Positions 46,979 through 56,125 of a DNA stretch of 64,000 nucleotides are shown here, piece after piece. The notes beneath the pieces were generated by a model. It was not told where the DNA came from. It did no database searches and was given only the letters and a program-made list of their open reading frames with translations. Made by a program: the position numbers and the translations under genes. Source of the DNA: Candidatus Latescibacterota bacterium (GTDB lineage: Bacteria; Latescibacterota; UBA2968; GCA-2709665); the NCBI GenBank assembly GCA_965203805.1, contig OZ241917.1:4992001-5056000 (forward strand), read 5' to 3'. Position 1 is the stretch's first letter, and every line of letters starts with the position of its first letter.

Positions 46979-47262
46979 GCCCGACTGTGCAGAAAATCGA
47001 CAAAGAGGAATATCAGAAGCGGCTGGACAGGATAACCGAACTGTTCGCCGGCATGATCGCCCATGCCGATGAACTTTCAACCGTGCGATGCCCGTACAAG
47101 AACCGTTTCGATGAGTGTACGGCGAGGTTCGGCTGCAGAAACCAGCGAAAGCCCCGCCCGGGCGGGACGCTGCTGATGTGCGGCGGGGACGACAAGCTCG
47201 ACTATCGCGGCGCATGGGAGACGGAAGCGAAACCGGGTGCGTACTTCGGGAGCGAGGAATAG
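46975..47262 (+). CDS. Small Cys-rich hypothetical protein
   Basis: GTGA overlap with the corrinoid gene; RCPYKNRFDECTARFGCRNQ...C. Confidence 0.65.
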   Translation: MSPTVQKIDKEEYQKRLDRITELFAGMIAHADELSTVRCPYKNRFDECTARFGCRNQRKPRPGGTLLMCGGDDKLDYRGAWETEAKPGAYFGSEE

Positions 47263-47278
47263 AGTACTGGAACGCCGC

Positions 47279-48898
47279 ATGGGTACGATATCTCACGACG
47301 GGAAACGGAAGGAGCTTGCAGCAGGCAGGACGGTCTTCGATTATGCGGATGAACTGGCGGTCCAGGTGCCCACCTCGTGCGGACGCACCGGGCACTGTCA
47401 CGAGTGCGTGGTTGAAATCAGGCGCGGGATGGACGCTTTGCGGCCCCGGAACGAGGTGGAGTCGTTCCTGCGAGAGCATTACCGCCTCGCGTGCCAGGCG
47501 GTGGTCGAAGACGACCGGGCCGATATTGAATTCTCGCCATTGAGACGCAAGCCCCAGATTCTATCCACTACATTGGAAAAGTCGGTCGATCCGGACCCCC
47601 TGGTCACGCGCCGGGGGGACGTCGTATATTATGACGGCGTCGCCGTCGACAGGTATCGGGGCCGCCTTTACGGCATCGCGATCGATCTGGGCACGACAAC
47701 GGTCGTGATGGATCTCGTGGACCTGGAAACGGGAGAGAGCGTCCATGTGAGTTCGTTTGAGAACCCGCAGCGTTTCGGCGGCAGCGACGTGATGCACCGC
47801 ATCTCCTACGACGGGCAGTTTCAGGGCGAGTTGCGGAAGGCGGTCGTCAATGCGATCAATCACGAGATTCTCGAATTGGCAAATCGTCTGGGGTTTGCCC
47901 GCCAGGAGATCTATGAGGTCGTAGTGGCGGGAAACTCCACGATGCGCGACCTCTTCTTCAGGCTGGATGTGCAGAGCATCGGCCAGAGACCGTACAAGTC
48001 CCTGGTGGAGCGCGCCTGTCTGGACGGCGAGCGCGAGACGACCTCCCTGCTGGAGAGTTCCCGGCGCCTCGGCGTGCGCGCCAATCCGAGGGCGAAGGTC
48101 TACGGGATGCCGCTGATCGCGAGCCACGTGGGGGCGGATACCGCGGCCGACCTTGTGGCGATGGACCTGGCGACCCAGGATGGTGTGGTGATGCTGGTGG
48201 ACGTGGGGACGAATACCGAGGTGGTCGTGGGAAGTTCCGGCCGGCTGCTCACCGCCTCCTGTCCGGCCGGGCCCGCGTTCGAGGGCGGACTGATCCGGTA
48301 CGGGATGCCGGGTCATGAAGGCGCCATCGAGTCGATCCGACTGACCGACGACGGCTTCGAATACCAGACAATCGGACGCTGCGAACCGCAGGGAATATGC
48401 GGGTCCGGGCTGATCGATCTGCTCGCGGAACTCCGGCGGCACGGCCGCATGGCGCCCAAGGGCATGTTTGCCGGCAGGTCGTACGAGGTGCCGGTCGTTC
48501 CGGAATACGGAATCTCATTGTCCCGTGAAGACGCCAGCAACCTGGCCCAGGCCAAAGCGGCGAATTTCTGCGGCCAGTTCATCCTGATGCGGCACCTTGG
48601 GATCGGACCGGAAGAAATCGACACGCTCTACCTGGCCGGTGGATTCGCGAATTACGTGAACGTACGGAATGCGATCGAGATCGGGTTTCTGGCGCCGATC
48701 GCCGAAGACCGTGTCGTTAAGATCGGGAATGCCGCGGTCCAGGGCGCGCGCGAGGTGTTGCTTTCGCGCGAGAAACGGGCTTCCGCGGAAGCGCTGGTGA
48801 AGCAGATCGAACACATTGAGCTCGAGACGACGCCGGACTTCTTCGAGGTGTTCGTGGAGGGCTGTCAGTTCAAGCCGATGCCTGCCAGGCTCAATTAA
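47279..48898 (+). CDS. RACo/DUF4445 ASKHA-domain reductive activator of corrinoid proteins with an N-terminal 2Fe-2S domain
   Basis: CGRTGHCHEC..RLACQ; DLGTTT, NPQ.FG.DV..RI, VGAD, DVGTNTE, AGPAFEG, GICGSG, LAGGF, GNAA. Confidence 0.92.
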   Translation: MGTISHDGKRKELAAGRTVFDYADELAVQVPTSCGRTGHCHECVVEIRRGMDALRPRNEVESFLREHYRLACQAVVEDDRADIEFSPLRRKPQILSTTLEKSVDPDPLVTRRGDVVYYDGVAVDRYRGRLYGIAIDLGTTTVVMDLVDLETGESVHVSSFENPQRFGGSDVMHRISYDGQFQGELRKAVVNAINHEILELANRLGFARQEIYEVVVAGNSTMRDLFFRLDVQSIGQRPYKSLVERACLDGERETTSLLESSRRLGVRANPRAKVYGMPLIASHVGADTAADLVAMDLATQDGVVMLVDVGTNTEVVVGSSGRLLTASCPAGPAFEGGLIRYGMPGHEGAIESIRLTDDGFEYQTIGRCEPQGICGSGLIDLLAELRRHGRMAPKGMFAGRSYEVPVVPEYGISLSREDASNLAQAKAANFCGQFILMRHLGIGPEEIDTLYLAGGFANYVNVRNAIEIGFLAPIAEDRVVKIGNAAVQGAREVLLSREKRASAEALVKQIEHIELETTPDFFEVFVEGCQFKPMPARLN

Positions 48899-48998
48899 GA
48901 CGGCGGTTTGTAGTAGAATCGCGTTTCGTGAAATCTTCACCATTGTTCGAACACTTCGTCCTGTCCGTGAGCGTTGGTGTTCGTCGGGCCTGTCTAAA

Positions 48999-49126
48999 CG
49001 TGGTCATTGAGCTTGTCGAAATGCCCGTGTCTCGTTACCCCTTCGAATGGCTCCAGGCGCACCATCGGGCGCCCTTAACAGGTTTTTGCCGACCCTTCGA
49101 CAAGCTCAGGGAGCGGCTCAGGGCAC
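48999..49126. repeat. REP-like composite element, inverted relative of 30499-30610
   Basis: 49088-49126 matches the reverse complement of 30499-30537 at 38/39; CGTGGTCATTGAGCTTGTCGAAATG matches the reverse complement of the 30586-30610 arm. Confidence 0.8.
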
Positions 49127-49263
49127 AGTCGGTTCTTGTTTTTTTTCAGACGTTGTCCTTAGCTTGTCGACCGGCTGTTGGCCGGTCGACAAGCCGGCCG
49201 AATTCAGCGACGCCATTTCCGCGACGGAAGACTAAAGTCGCAACTTGAATCGAGCACATCCGC

Positions 49264-50865
49264 ATGGCGATAACTTCCAAAAAATCCGATCCGGACGGAC
49301 GGGATGGGGAGCGTCGTTCCCTGCGCCATCTGCTGGAGGAAACGGACGAGTTCGTCGTCTGCGTGGAACTGGTCAATTCCCGCGGGGTGATCACCGAGCG
49401 CCGCGGGCGGCACGTTCTGGATCTCGCGCGGGCGCTTGCCGACCAACCGGGCGTGCACGCGCTGAGCATCACCGACAATCCGGGCGGAAACGCCACCAAC
49501 AGTCCGGACACAATGGGGATCGACCTGCTGGGCCGGGGGCAGGAGGTGATCATCCATATTTCGTGCAAGGACTGGAACCGTAATGCGCTGCTGAGCAGGG
49601 GCTGGGAACTGGCGAGCGAAGGATTCGAAAACGTGCTGGCGTTGTCGGGCGACTATCCCGCGGGCGGATACCGCGGGCAGGCGGACGGCGTGTTCGATAC
49701 CGATTCGGTGGGTCTGCTGAAGATGTTCTCGGACATGAACTCCGGGTTGCGCCTCGAGGGCGGCAGGCGCGATCAGGCATTGAAACCCACACAATTCTTC
49801 CCGGGCGCGGTGGTCAACAACCACAAGAAGTATGAGCGCGAGGTGATGCCGCAGTATTTCAAGCTGGCCAGGAAGGTGGAAAGCGGCGCGGGTTTCATCA
49901 TCAACCAGATCGGTTACGACGCCCGCAAACAGGACGAGTTGTTGAAGTACATGGCCCTTCACGGTCTCCGGACGCCCGTGCTTGCCAACGTCTACGTGCT
50001 CAGCCCCGCGGCGGCCAGGTTTTTTCACGCGGACAACATCCCCGGCGTGATCGTAACCGACGAGTTGCTTGCGCTGACGCAGAGGCATGCCCGTTCGCGC
50101 GACAGGGGCAAGGCCTTCTTCCTCGAATTCGCCGCCAGGCAGTGCGCCATTGCCAGAGGACTGGGATATCGCGGTGTCTATCTGGGTGGACACCTGAAGT
50201 TCGAGGATTACGTGCGAATCCTGGAGATTCTTGGCGAATATGGAGACGAGGACTGGAAGGACTTCGTGGATGGGTTTCTCTTCCAGCAGCCCGGGGAGTT
50301 CTTCTTTTTCGAACCCGATACGGAAACGGGGCTCAGTTCGAACGAGGTCAACCGCAAATACCGGCATTCGAAGCAACCCGACGTCTTGCGGGCCGGCAGA
50401 AGCCGGGTGTCCGCGGGCTACCGATTCAACCGCTTCGTGCACGAACTGGTTTTCGAAAAGGGCAAGCCGGCCTTTCGTCTCGGCAAAAAGATCTTCGAGG
50501 CCGTGGACCGCGCCGGAAGCGGCGTTGGGAGGGCCGCGCATGGCGCGGAGCAGGCGGTGAAGATCCTGGGCTTCGACTGCCGGGACTGCGGAGACTGTTC
50601 GCTGCCGGATATCGCGTTCCTCTGTCCCGAGTCGCAGTGCGTCAAGAACCAGCGAAACGGACCGTGCGGCGGAACGCGCCGGGGCCGGTGTGAAGTGGGA
50701 GAAAAAGAATGCATCTGGTCGCTGGCCTACGAACGGCTGAAGGCATACGGAGAGGAAGAGAAGATGCTGGAGAGGCCTGTGGTCTTCAAGGACGGCGCAC
50801 TGAAGGGCACCAGCGCCTGGGCAAATGCATTTCTGGAGCGGGACCACCGCGCACGGACGAGATGA
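49264..50865 (+). CDS. metF: Methylenetetrahydrofolate reductase-like protein with a C-terminal Cys-rich (MetV/MTHFR_C-like) domain
   Basis: SITDNPGG, HISCKD.NR, LALSGD, K..SGAGFIINQ; CRDCGDC..CP..C.K..RNGPCGG..CE..CIW. Confidence 0.8.
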   Translation: MAITSKKSDPDGRDGERRSLRHLLEETDEFVVCVELVNSRGVITERRGRHVLDLARALADQPGVHALSITDNPGGNATNSPDTMGIDLLGRGQEVIIHISCKDWNRNALLSRGWELASEGFENVLALSGDYPAGGYRGQADGVFDTDSVGLLKMFSDMNSGLRLEGGRRDQALKPTQFFPGAVVNNHKKYEREVMPQYFKLARKVESGAGFIINQIGYDARKQDELLKYMALHGLRTPVLANVYVLSPAAARFFHADNIPGVIVTDELLALTQRHARSRDRGKAFFLEFAARQCAIARGLGYRGVYLGGHLKFEDYVRILEILGEYGDEDWKDFVDGFLFQQPGEFFFFEPDTETGLSSNEVNRKYRHSKQPDVLRAGRSRVSAGYRFNRFVHELVFEKGKPAFRLGKKIFEAVDRAGSGVGRAAHGAEQAVKILGFDCRDCGDCSLPDIAFLCPESQCVKNQRNGPCGGTRRGRCEVGEKECIWSLAYERLKAYGEEEKMLERPVVFKDGALKGTSAWANAFLERDHRARTR

Positions 50866-50875
50866 GGGGAACACC

Positions 50876-51922
50876 GTGAAATTAGATGGCAGGGCCGGCG
50901 AATTTGTCGTCATCGGCGAGAACATCCATACCACACGCGTTGTCCTGAGGAAAGGACGGCTCGTCGTGAAGAAACCCGGTGGAGGGGAGGCGGTCCGTTT
51001 TTTCGACACACGGAAACGCCGCCGCTTTCTCGCCATCCCGGACGATATCCGGCAGACGCAGGACTACGAGGAGGGTCGGGTCAAATACGTCAAGATTGCG
51101 GTGCAGGCGGCGATGTCCGGTCAGACGCCGCAGGCCGCCGACGGGCTGGCCTATCTGCACCGGATGGTCCAGCGCCAGGTGGACGCGGGAGCGGACTATC
51201 TGGATCTGAACGTGGACGAAGTCTCACTACGCCTCAAGGAGCAGAAGAAAGCCATGCGGTGGCTGGTGGGCATCGTGCAGGAGATAAGCCCGATTCCGAT
51301 TTCGGTGGACTCCTCCAACGTGGAAACGATCGGGGACGGGCTCAAGGCCTGCGACGGCCGGGCCGGACGGCCGCTGCTGAATTCGGCCTCGCTGGAGCGA
51401 CTGGAGGCACTGGACCTGGCCGTGAGGTACAACGCCCGGGTTGTCGTGACCGCCGCGGGCGAAAGCGGGATGCCGCAGGACGCCGCGGAACGCGTCGCGA
51501 ATGCGTCCCGCATGGTCGAGGCGGCGCTGTCCAGGGGAATCGGGATCGAGGATATTTTCGTAGATGCCCTGGTTTTTCCGATTTCGGTGGACGTGGGATT
51601 CGGCAACCACTGCTTCGAGGCCATCCGGACGCTACGGGCGAACTTCGGCCCCGCGATTCACGTGACGGGCGGATTCAGCAACGTTTCTTTCGGGCTGCCG
51701 TGCCGGCGTCTCATCAACGACGTGTTTACGATTCAGGCCGTCGAGGCCGGGGCGGACAGCGGGATCGTCGACCCGGCCACCAGCAGTCCGCAGCGCGTTT
51801 TCTCCATGGACCGGGAGACGGAACCCTACCGGCTTGCGGAAGATATGCTTCTGGGTCGGGATCGCATGTGCAAAAACTACCTGCGCGCGTATCGAAAGGG
51901 TACGCTGGACGCTTACCGTTAA
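50876..51922 (+). CDS. Pterin-binding methyltetrahydrofolate:corrinoid methyltransferase (AcsE/MetH folate-domain-like)
   Basis: VIGENI, QVDAGADYLDLN, ISVDSS, LLNS, D.LVFP, GGFSNVSFGLP. Confidence 0.85.
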   Translation: MKLDGRAGEFVVIGENIHTTRVVLRKGRLVVKKPGGGEAVRFFDTRKRRRFLAIPDDIRQTQDYEEGRVKYVKIAVQAAMSGQTPQAADGLAYLHRMVQRQVDAGADYLDLNVDEVSLRLKEQKKAMRWLVGIVQEISPIPISVDSSNVETIGDGLKACDGRAGRPLLNSASLERLEALDLAVRYNARVVVTAAGESGMPQDAAERVANASRMVEAALSRGIGIEDIFVDALVFPISVDVGFGNHCFEAIRTLRANFGPAIHVTGGFSNVSFGLPCRRLINDVFTIQAVEAGADSGIVDPATSSPQRVFSMDRETEPYRLAEDMLLGRDRMCKNYLRAYRKGTLDAYR

Positions 51923-51947
51923 CGAATCGGGGAGGATCCGGGAGGAG

Positions 51948-53009
51948 ATGAAGACATTTTTCGAGAGGCTGGAAGATCCCAGCCCGATGGTTTACGACGG
52001 AGGATTCGGTTCGGAGCTGTTCAAAGGGCATATCGAACTGACGAACAGCGCACTCGCAAATGAACTGCATCCGGATGCGGTGGTCGATATCCACTCCGCC
52101 TATATCGCGGCGGGAACCGACGTCATCGGAACCAACACTTTCGTGGCGTCGCCACTGCACCTGGAAATGGCGGGCAAGGCGGATAACGAGGCCGGGAAAA
52201 TTGCGCGGCTGGCCGTGGAACACGCGAGAACAGCAGTCGATAAAAGCGGCAGGAAGGTCTATATTGCAGGCTCCGTCGGTCCGTCGCCGGGCGCTATCGA
52301 GTCGGACGCGGGCGATACCGTGTTCGGCATTGCGGACAAGAAGGCGAGGGCGGCGCACGAGCAGGTCATCTATACGCTCGCCAAGGCCGGCGTTGAGCTG
52401 ATCTGTATCGAGACCATGTTTTCCGCAAAAGAGGCAGCCATTGCGGCGGACGTTGCCAGGAAGACCGGGTTGCCCGTCGCAATCAATCTGACCTGCAAAT
52501 ACACGAAAGACCGGAAGACGGGCGAGATGGTCTACCGGACGGACTGGGGGCATTCAGCTGAGGACCTGCTGGATTTTCTTTGTTCCGGAGAGTTTTCAGA
52601 CGGAGACAATCTGCTGGAGCACGTGCAAATCATCGGGATGAACTGCGGCGCCGAGACGCGGCGGCTTGAACATACCGGGATGCCTTACGCAATCAACGGG
52701 ATGCGGCAGTTCACGGATGCAATGTCTGCGAGGGGCATCAACGGGATGAGGTTGATGGCCTATCCCAATGCGGGGCTTCCGAAGCTGGAAGTAAAGACGG
52801 GACGGACGACGTATTCACAGACCGAGGAGGATATGGCGCATTGTGTCCCCGAACTGATCGACGCGGGCGCTTTCATCGTCGGCGGGTGTTGCGGGACGGG
52901 GCCGTCGCATATCCGCGCTTTTCGCGGAATCTTGAACGGCGGAGCGGCCAATGACGGACGCGCCGGGAATGCGGCCGGCACCCGCGAACAGACAAAAGCG
53001 CCGGACTGA
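51948..53009 (+). CDS. Homocysteine S-methyltransferase domain protein
   Basis: DGGFGSEL, H..YI.AG.D...TNTF, AGSVGP, IET, GMNC, YPNAGLP, GGCCGT.P.HI. Confidence 0.9.
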   Translation: MKTFFERLEDPSPMVYDGGFGSELFKGHIELTNSALANELHPDAVVDIHSAYIAAGTDVIGTNTFVASPLHLEMAGKADNEAGKIARLAVEHARTAVDKSGRKVYIAGSVGPSPGAIESDAGDTVFGIADKKARAAHEQVIYTLAKAGVELICIETMFSAKEAAIAADVARKTGLPVAINLTCKYTKDRKTGEMVYRTDWGHSAEDLLDFLCSGEFSDGDNLLEHVQIIGMNCGAETRRLEHTGMPYAINGMRQFTDAMSARGINGMRLMAYPNAGLPKLEVKTGRTTYSQTEEDMAHCVPELIDAGAFIVGGCCGTGPSHIRAFRGILNGGAANDGRAGNAAGTREQTKAPD

Positions 53010-53030
53010 CAGAGCGCGAAAGGGCGACAG

Positions 53031-53297
53031 GTGGCCGAGTACCAGGTCCTCTACTGGAAGGATATCCCCGCGCAGGTGCGGGTTTTCGACGGGAAGCGGC
53101 GGGTTTCGCGGCAGATGCCCCCGGAATTTCAGGAGGCGATAGACAGGCGGGCGATGCAGGAGGGGCTGGCGGGAACGGACGCGTACCTGGCGCATTGGCA
53201 ATGGAGCGAGCGTCGGGAACGTCCCGGCGACCCGCAGGTGGTTCTGCGGGCGGCGATAGAAGAACTTGAACTGACGTACGACGAGCAGGAAGGGTAA
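53031..53297 (+). CDS. Virulence_fact (PF13769-like) small protein
   Basis: YWKDIPAQV..F..AIDR.AM..G....DAYL..W. Confidence 0.75.
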   Translation: MAEYQVLYWKDIPAQVRVFDGKRRVSRQMPPEFQEAIDRRAMQEGLAGTDAYLAHWQWSERRERPGDPQVVLRAAIEELELTYDEQEG

Positions 53298-53327
53298 TTC
53301 GTGACGCGCCCGAGAGGTTTCTGGAGG

Positions 53328-53363
53328 AACGAAGAGAGCCGGGATTTCCGGCTCTCTTCGTTT
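53328..53363. terminator. Bidirectional terminator
   Basis: Perfect 15-bp stem AACGAAGAGAGCCGG-GATTT-CCGGCTCTCTTCGTT between convergent genes. Confidence 0.85.
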
Positions 53364-53383
53364 AACGGCTAACGTCGTACTCG

Positions 53384-54967
53384 CTACAACACCCCTGCCC
53401 CCTGAACGGGAGACGCGACCGTGAGTCTTTCCCGGACCCCGCGTGGCGCATAGTACCTGTCGCGCATGGCTTCGATGATATCCTGCACGCTGTCAGAACC
53501 GACCAGGACCATCATGCTTCCGCCCAGGCCGGCGCCGGATATCTGCGCGCCCGCCGCGCCTGCATCCAGGGCAACGTCGACCATCTCATCGATCTCCGGA
53601 ATGCTGCAATTGTAGTCGCCCGGTTGCAGGTGAAGGTCTTTTGACGGGTCGAATCGCGGCGCGTCCAGGTCGATGCGGTCGCCGTCGTGCGAAACGTTCA
53701 TCAACTCTCCGTAGAGGTCCACCCGGTTCCGGTTCAGGACGTCCTTGAGATCTCTGCTTCGCGCGGATTCGGCGATACCATATGCAATGACCATCCGGAT
53801 ATGGTATCCGCCGGCCGGTTCGTCGTGGGTGGCGAACTGCTGTTCGAGAAACGTCTCCCGGCCCGGCAACTGACGCAGGAGTTCCCGGCGGTCGATCCGT
53901 TCCGGCAGCGACTCGATCAGCGCGTAGATTTCCGGTTGGGCGAGGCATTCAACCACGTCGCCCAGGTGGAATTTCTTCTCGACGTCCAGATCCTTTCTGT
54001 CCGCCACGACGCTCCGGATCGATTCGGGATGTCGCGCTTCCAGCCCGTTTCGGAGAAAGACCTCTCCGATCTCGTACGTTGCGGTCTTTTCGTTGAATTT
54101 CTGGCCTGCCGCTCCGGTCTTGTTTGCCTGGATTCCCGAGTCAAAGATGATGATCTGATAGCCGTCCGGAAACGGCAGATAGGCGTCGATCATCAATTCC
54201 GGCAGGGTCTTCATATGGGTGATTCTGCCCAGCCGGCCGCACTTGATCGCGGCGTGGTCGCCGAAACCGCCGCGTGTTCCGACGTACCATTCCGCGGTGC
54301 CCGCACACCTCACGAACTGCCTGTCGTCCAGATCGATATCGTTGACGTGCGTCATGATCTCCGTCGTCGCGACGACAACCGCGGACGAAGAACTCAGGCC
54401 GCCCATGTCCGGCAGGCTGCTGCCCATGACCCCGTCGAATCCACGCAGTTGCCTGCCGGGAAAGCGGGTGTGCAGGTATGCCGGCGGCGCCTGCAATTTG
54501 GTAATCCAGTCCTCGTTGACACCGGCGGCTCTGCGTTCGTCGGTCTTTTCCTGCGTCCACTCCAGCCACTCGGCATCGGAACGGATCGGCGAGTCCGGGC
54601 AGATTTCGGGCAGATGGAAACAACGGTTCCCATAGGCCGGATCCAGATTGCGGACTTCGATCCTTTCGTCGTTTCTTCGGGAAAAACAGATGAGAATCTC
54701 TTTGTCCAGCGAGATCGGGTTGATGAAGGCGCCCCGGTGGTCGGCGTGCATCCCCACCGTGTTCAACCGGCCCGGCGCCCGGACGAAACTGACGTCTCTA
54801 TCGCCGAAGGTCTCCCTGAATCGCATCGCGGTCTCCAGGAGGGCGCAGAGACGTTCTTCGATAAGTTCCTCGCTGTCGCCGTAGATGGACCGAAGGCGGG
54901 AGATCAGATCGTCGTTCCGGCCCCGAATCGCCCGGATCCATTCATGCGTGTTCTTCTGTCCAATCAT
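53384..54967 (-). CDS. GHMP kinase of the galactokinase/N-acetylgalactosamine kinase type
   Basis: RAPGRLN..G.H.DH, P..GGLSSSSA, GG..DH, G.LMN.SH, GAQISGAGLGG. Confidence 0.85.
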   Translation of the reverse strand: MIGQKNTHEWIRAIRGRNDDLISRLRSIYGDSEELIEERLCALLETAMRFRETFGDRDVSFVRAPGRLNTVGMHADHRGAFINPISLDKEILICFSRRNDERIEVRNLDPAYGNRCFHLPEICPDSPIRSDAEWLEWTQEKTDERRAAGVNEDWITKLQAPPAYLHTRFPGRQLRGFDGVMGSSLPDMGGLSSSSAVVVATTEIMTHVNDIDLDDRQFVRCAGTAEWYVGTRGGFGDHAAIKCGRLGRITHMKTLPELMIDAYLPFPDGYQIIIFDSGIQANKTGAAGQKFNEKTATYEIGEVFLRNGLEARHPESIRSVVADRKDLDVEKKFHLGDVVECLAQPEIYALIESLPERIDRRELLRQLPGRETFLEQQFATHDEPAGGYHIRMVIAYGIAESARSRDLKDVLNRNRVDLYGELMNVSHDGDRIDLDAPRFDPSKDLHLQPGDYNCSIPEIDEMVDVALDAGAAGAQISGAGLGGSMMVLVGSDSVQDIIEAMRDRYYAPRGVRERLTVASPVQGAGVL

Positions 54968-55150
54968 CCATCTGTCCTTCCGGTATCAGGCATTTGCAAC
55001 CGGTCTGTTCCAGCCGGTGTCGGGGAAGCCCATTGGACGCGCCATGGACTGAAGGGGTGAAAAGAGAAAACGACAACGCTTCCAGACCATTCGAGAGGCG
55101 TTGTCGTTCTGTTCCGCAAAGATGCCGTCGCACCTCGGCTGGAAGGCGTA

Positions 55151-56125
55151 TTACAGTTTGTCCGGATCGAAGATACCTTTTTGTGTGTCGACGACCCGCT
55201 CGGACCTGGTCTTGAACATCGTGCCGGCCGGATAATAGCCGGCTTTCACGTAGGCGAGGCCGTATGAGATACACATTGGCCCAAGCAATGTGCCGGGATC
55301 CGTGAGGGATTCGCATGCCAGCTGCGTCCTGTCGCCGAGAACGACGCCCATCTTGGAACCGCCCAGGTCGTACCATTTGTCGTTGATGACGACCTTCAGA
55401 TTGACGCGCTTGTCGCGCTCGCGTACGCCCTGGATGATGCCCAGGTTCGCGGCCGTGGCCTGGTTGCCGAAGTGGGTGGCGTACCCGCAGAGGCTGTCGC
55501 CGAGATACGAGGGATGGGGGAAATTGGCCTCGTCGAGCATGAGGACGTTCTTGATTTCACCCCGGATGGCGTTGTCTCCCTGTTTCTTGTGGCCGCCCAG
55601 GATGATATTGCCCCGGAGATAGGCGCCCTGCCGGATTTCGTTATTCGGTCCTATGATCGTGGGTCCCTTGACGCCGGCCGTGGGCTCGACAACGGCGCCC
55701 TCCCCGACGTAGATGTCGCCGCCGTCCAGGTAGATGACCGCGCCGACCACCTTTGCGTCTCTTGCGACGTAGAGCGTGTGGCCCTCGCCGTCGAGCGATC
55801 CGTGTACGAAGAGCGGTTCGCAGACGGCGCCGGGCTCGACCAGCACGGTGTAGTTACCGATTCCGGTCAGGCCCGTCCGTTCTTCCACGCCTTCCGCAGA
55901 ACCGATCTTCTCCGCCAGCCATTCCGTGGCGTATCTTTCGATTCCGTCTTTGCCGATAAGGTCGACGACGGACCTGGCGCCGTCGATCAGCGCCCGGTGT
56001 TCAAACGGGTATCTGTCGAGATCGAAGAAGTTGGACGGTCTCAACTCGCCGGGGACCTCGTCCGCCGCCAGTTCGGTTACAATGACCGGATCGTCCTTCG
56101 CGCCGGTTCCGTTAATGGCCATCAC
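55151..56125 (-). CDS. Left-handed beta-helix (GlmU C-terminal-like) acyltransferase
   Basis: Hexapeptides VGEGAV, IIGPNNEIRQGAYLRG, H.SYLGDS, GVVLGD; no nucleotidyltransferase N-domain. Confidence 0.75.
   Translation of the reverse strand: MMAINGTGAKDDPVIVTELAADEVPGELRPSNFFDLDRYPFEHRALIDGARSVVDLIGKDGIERYATEWLAEKIGSAEGVEERTGLTGIGNYTVLVEPGAVCEPLFVHGSLDGEGHTLYVARDAKVVGAVIYLDGGDIYVGEGAVVEPTAGVKGPTIIGPNNEIRQGAYLRGNIILGGHKKQGDNAIRGEIKNVLMLDEANFPHPSYLGDSLCGYATHFGNQATAANLGIIQGVRERDKRVNLKVVINDKWYDLGGSKMGVVLGDRTQLACESLTDPGTLLGPMCISYGLAYVKAGYYPAGTMFKTRSERVVDTQKGIFDPDKL

Noticed and set aside
49204-51036. 610-aa minus-strand ORF
   Set aside because: Antisense shadow of the metF-like gene, no motifs; expected in high-GC DNA
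50876-51922. Dihydropteroate synthase (folP)
   Set aside because: GENI and SNVSFGLP motifs plus the gene context fit the AcsE/MetH pterin-binding methyltransferase branch
53031-53297. Virulence role for the Virulence_fact protein
   Set aside because: The name is historical; its context here is a folate/corrinoid operon
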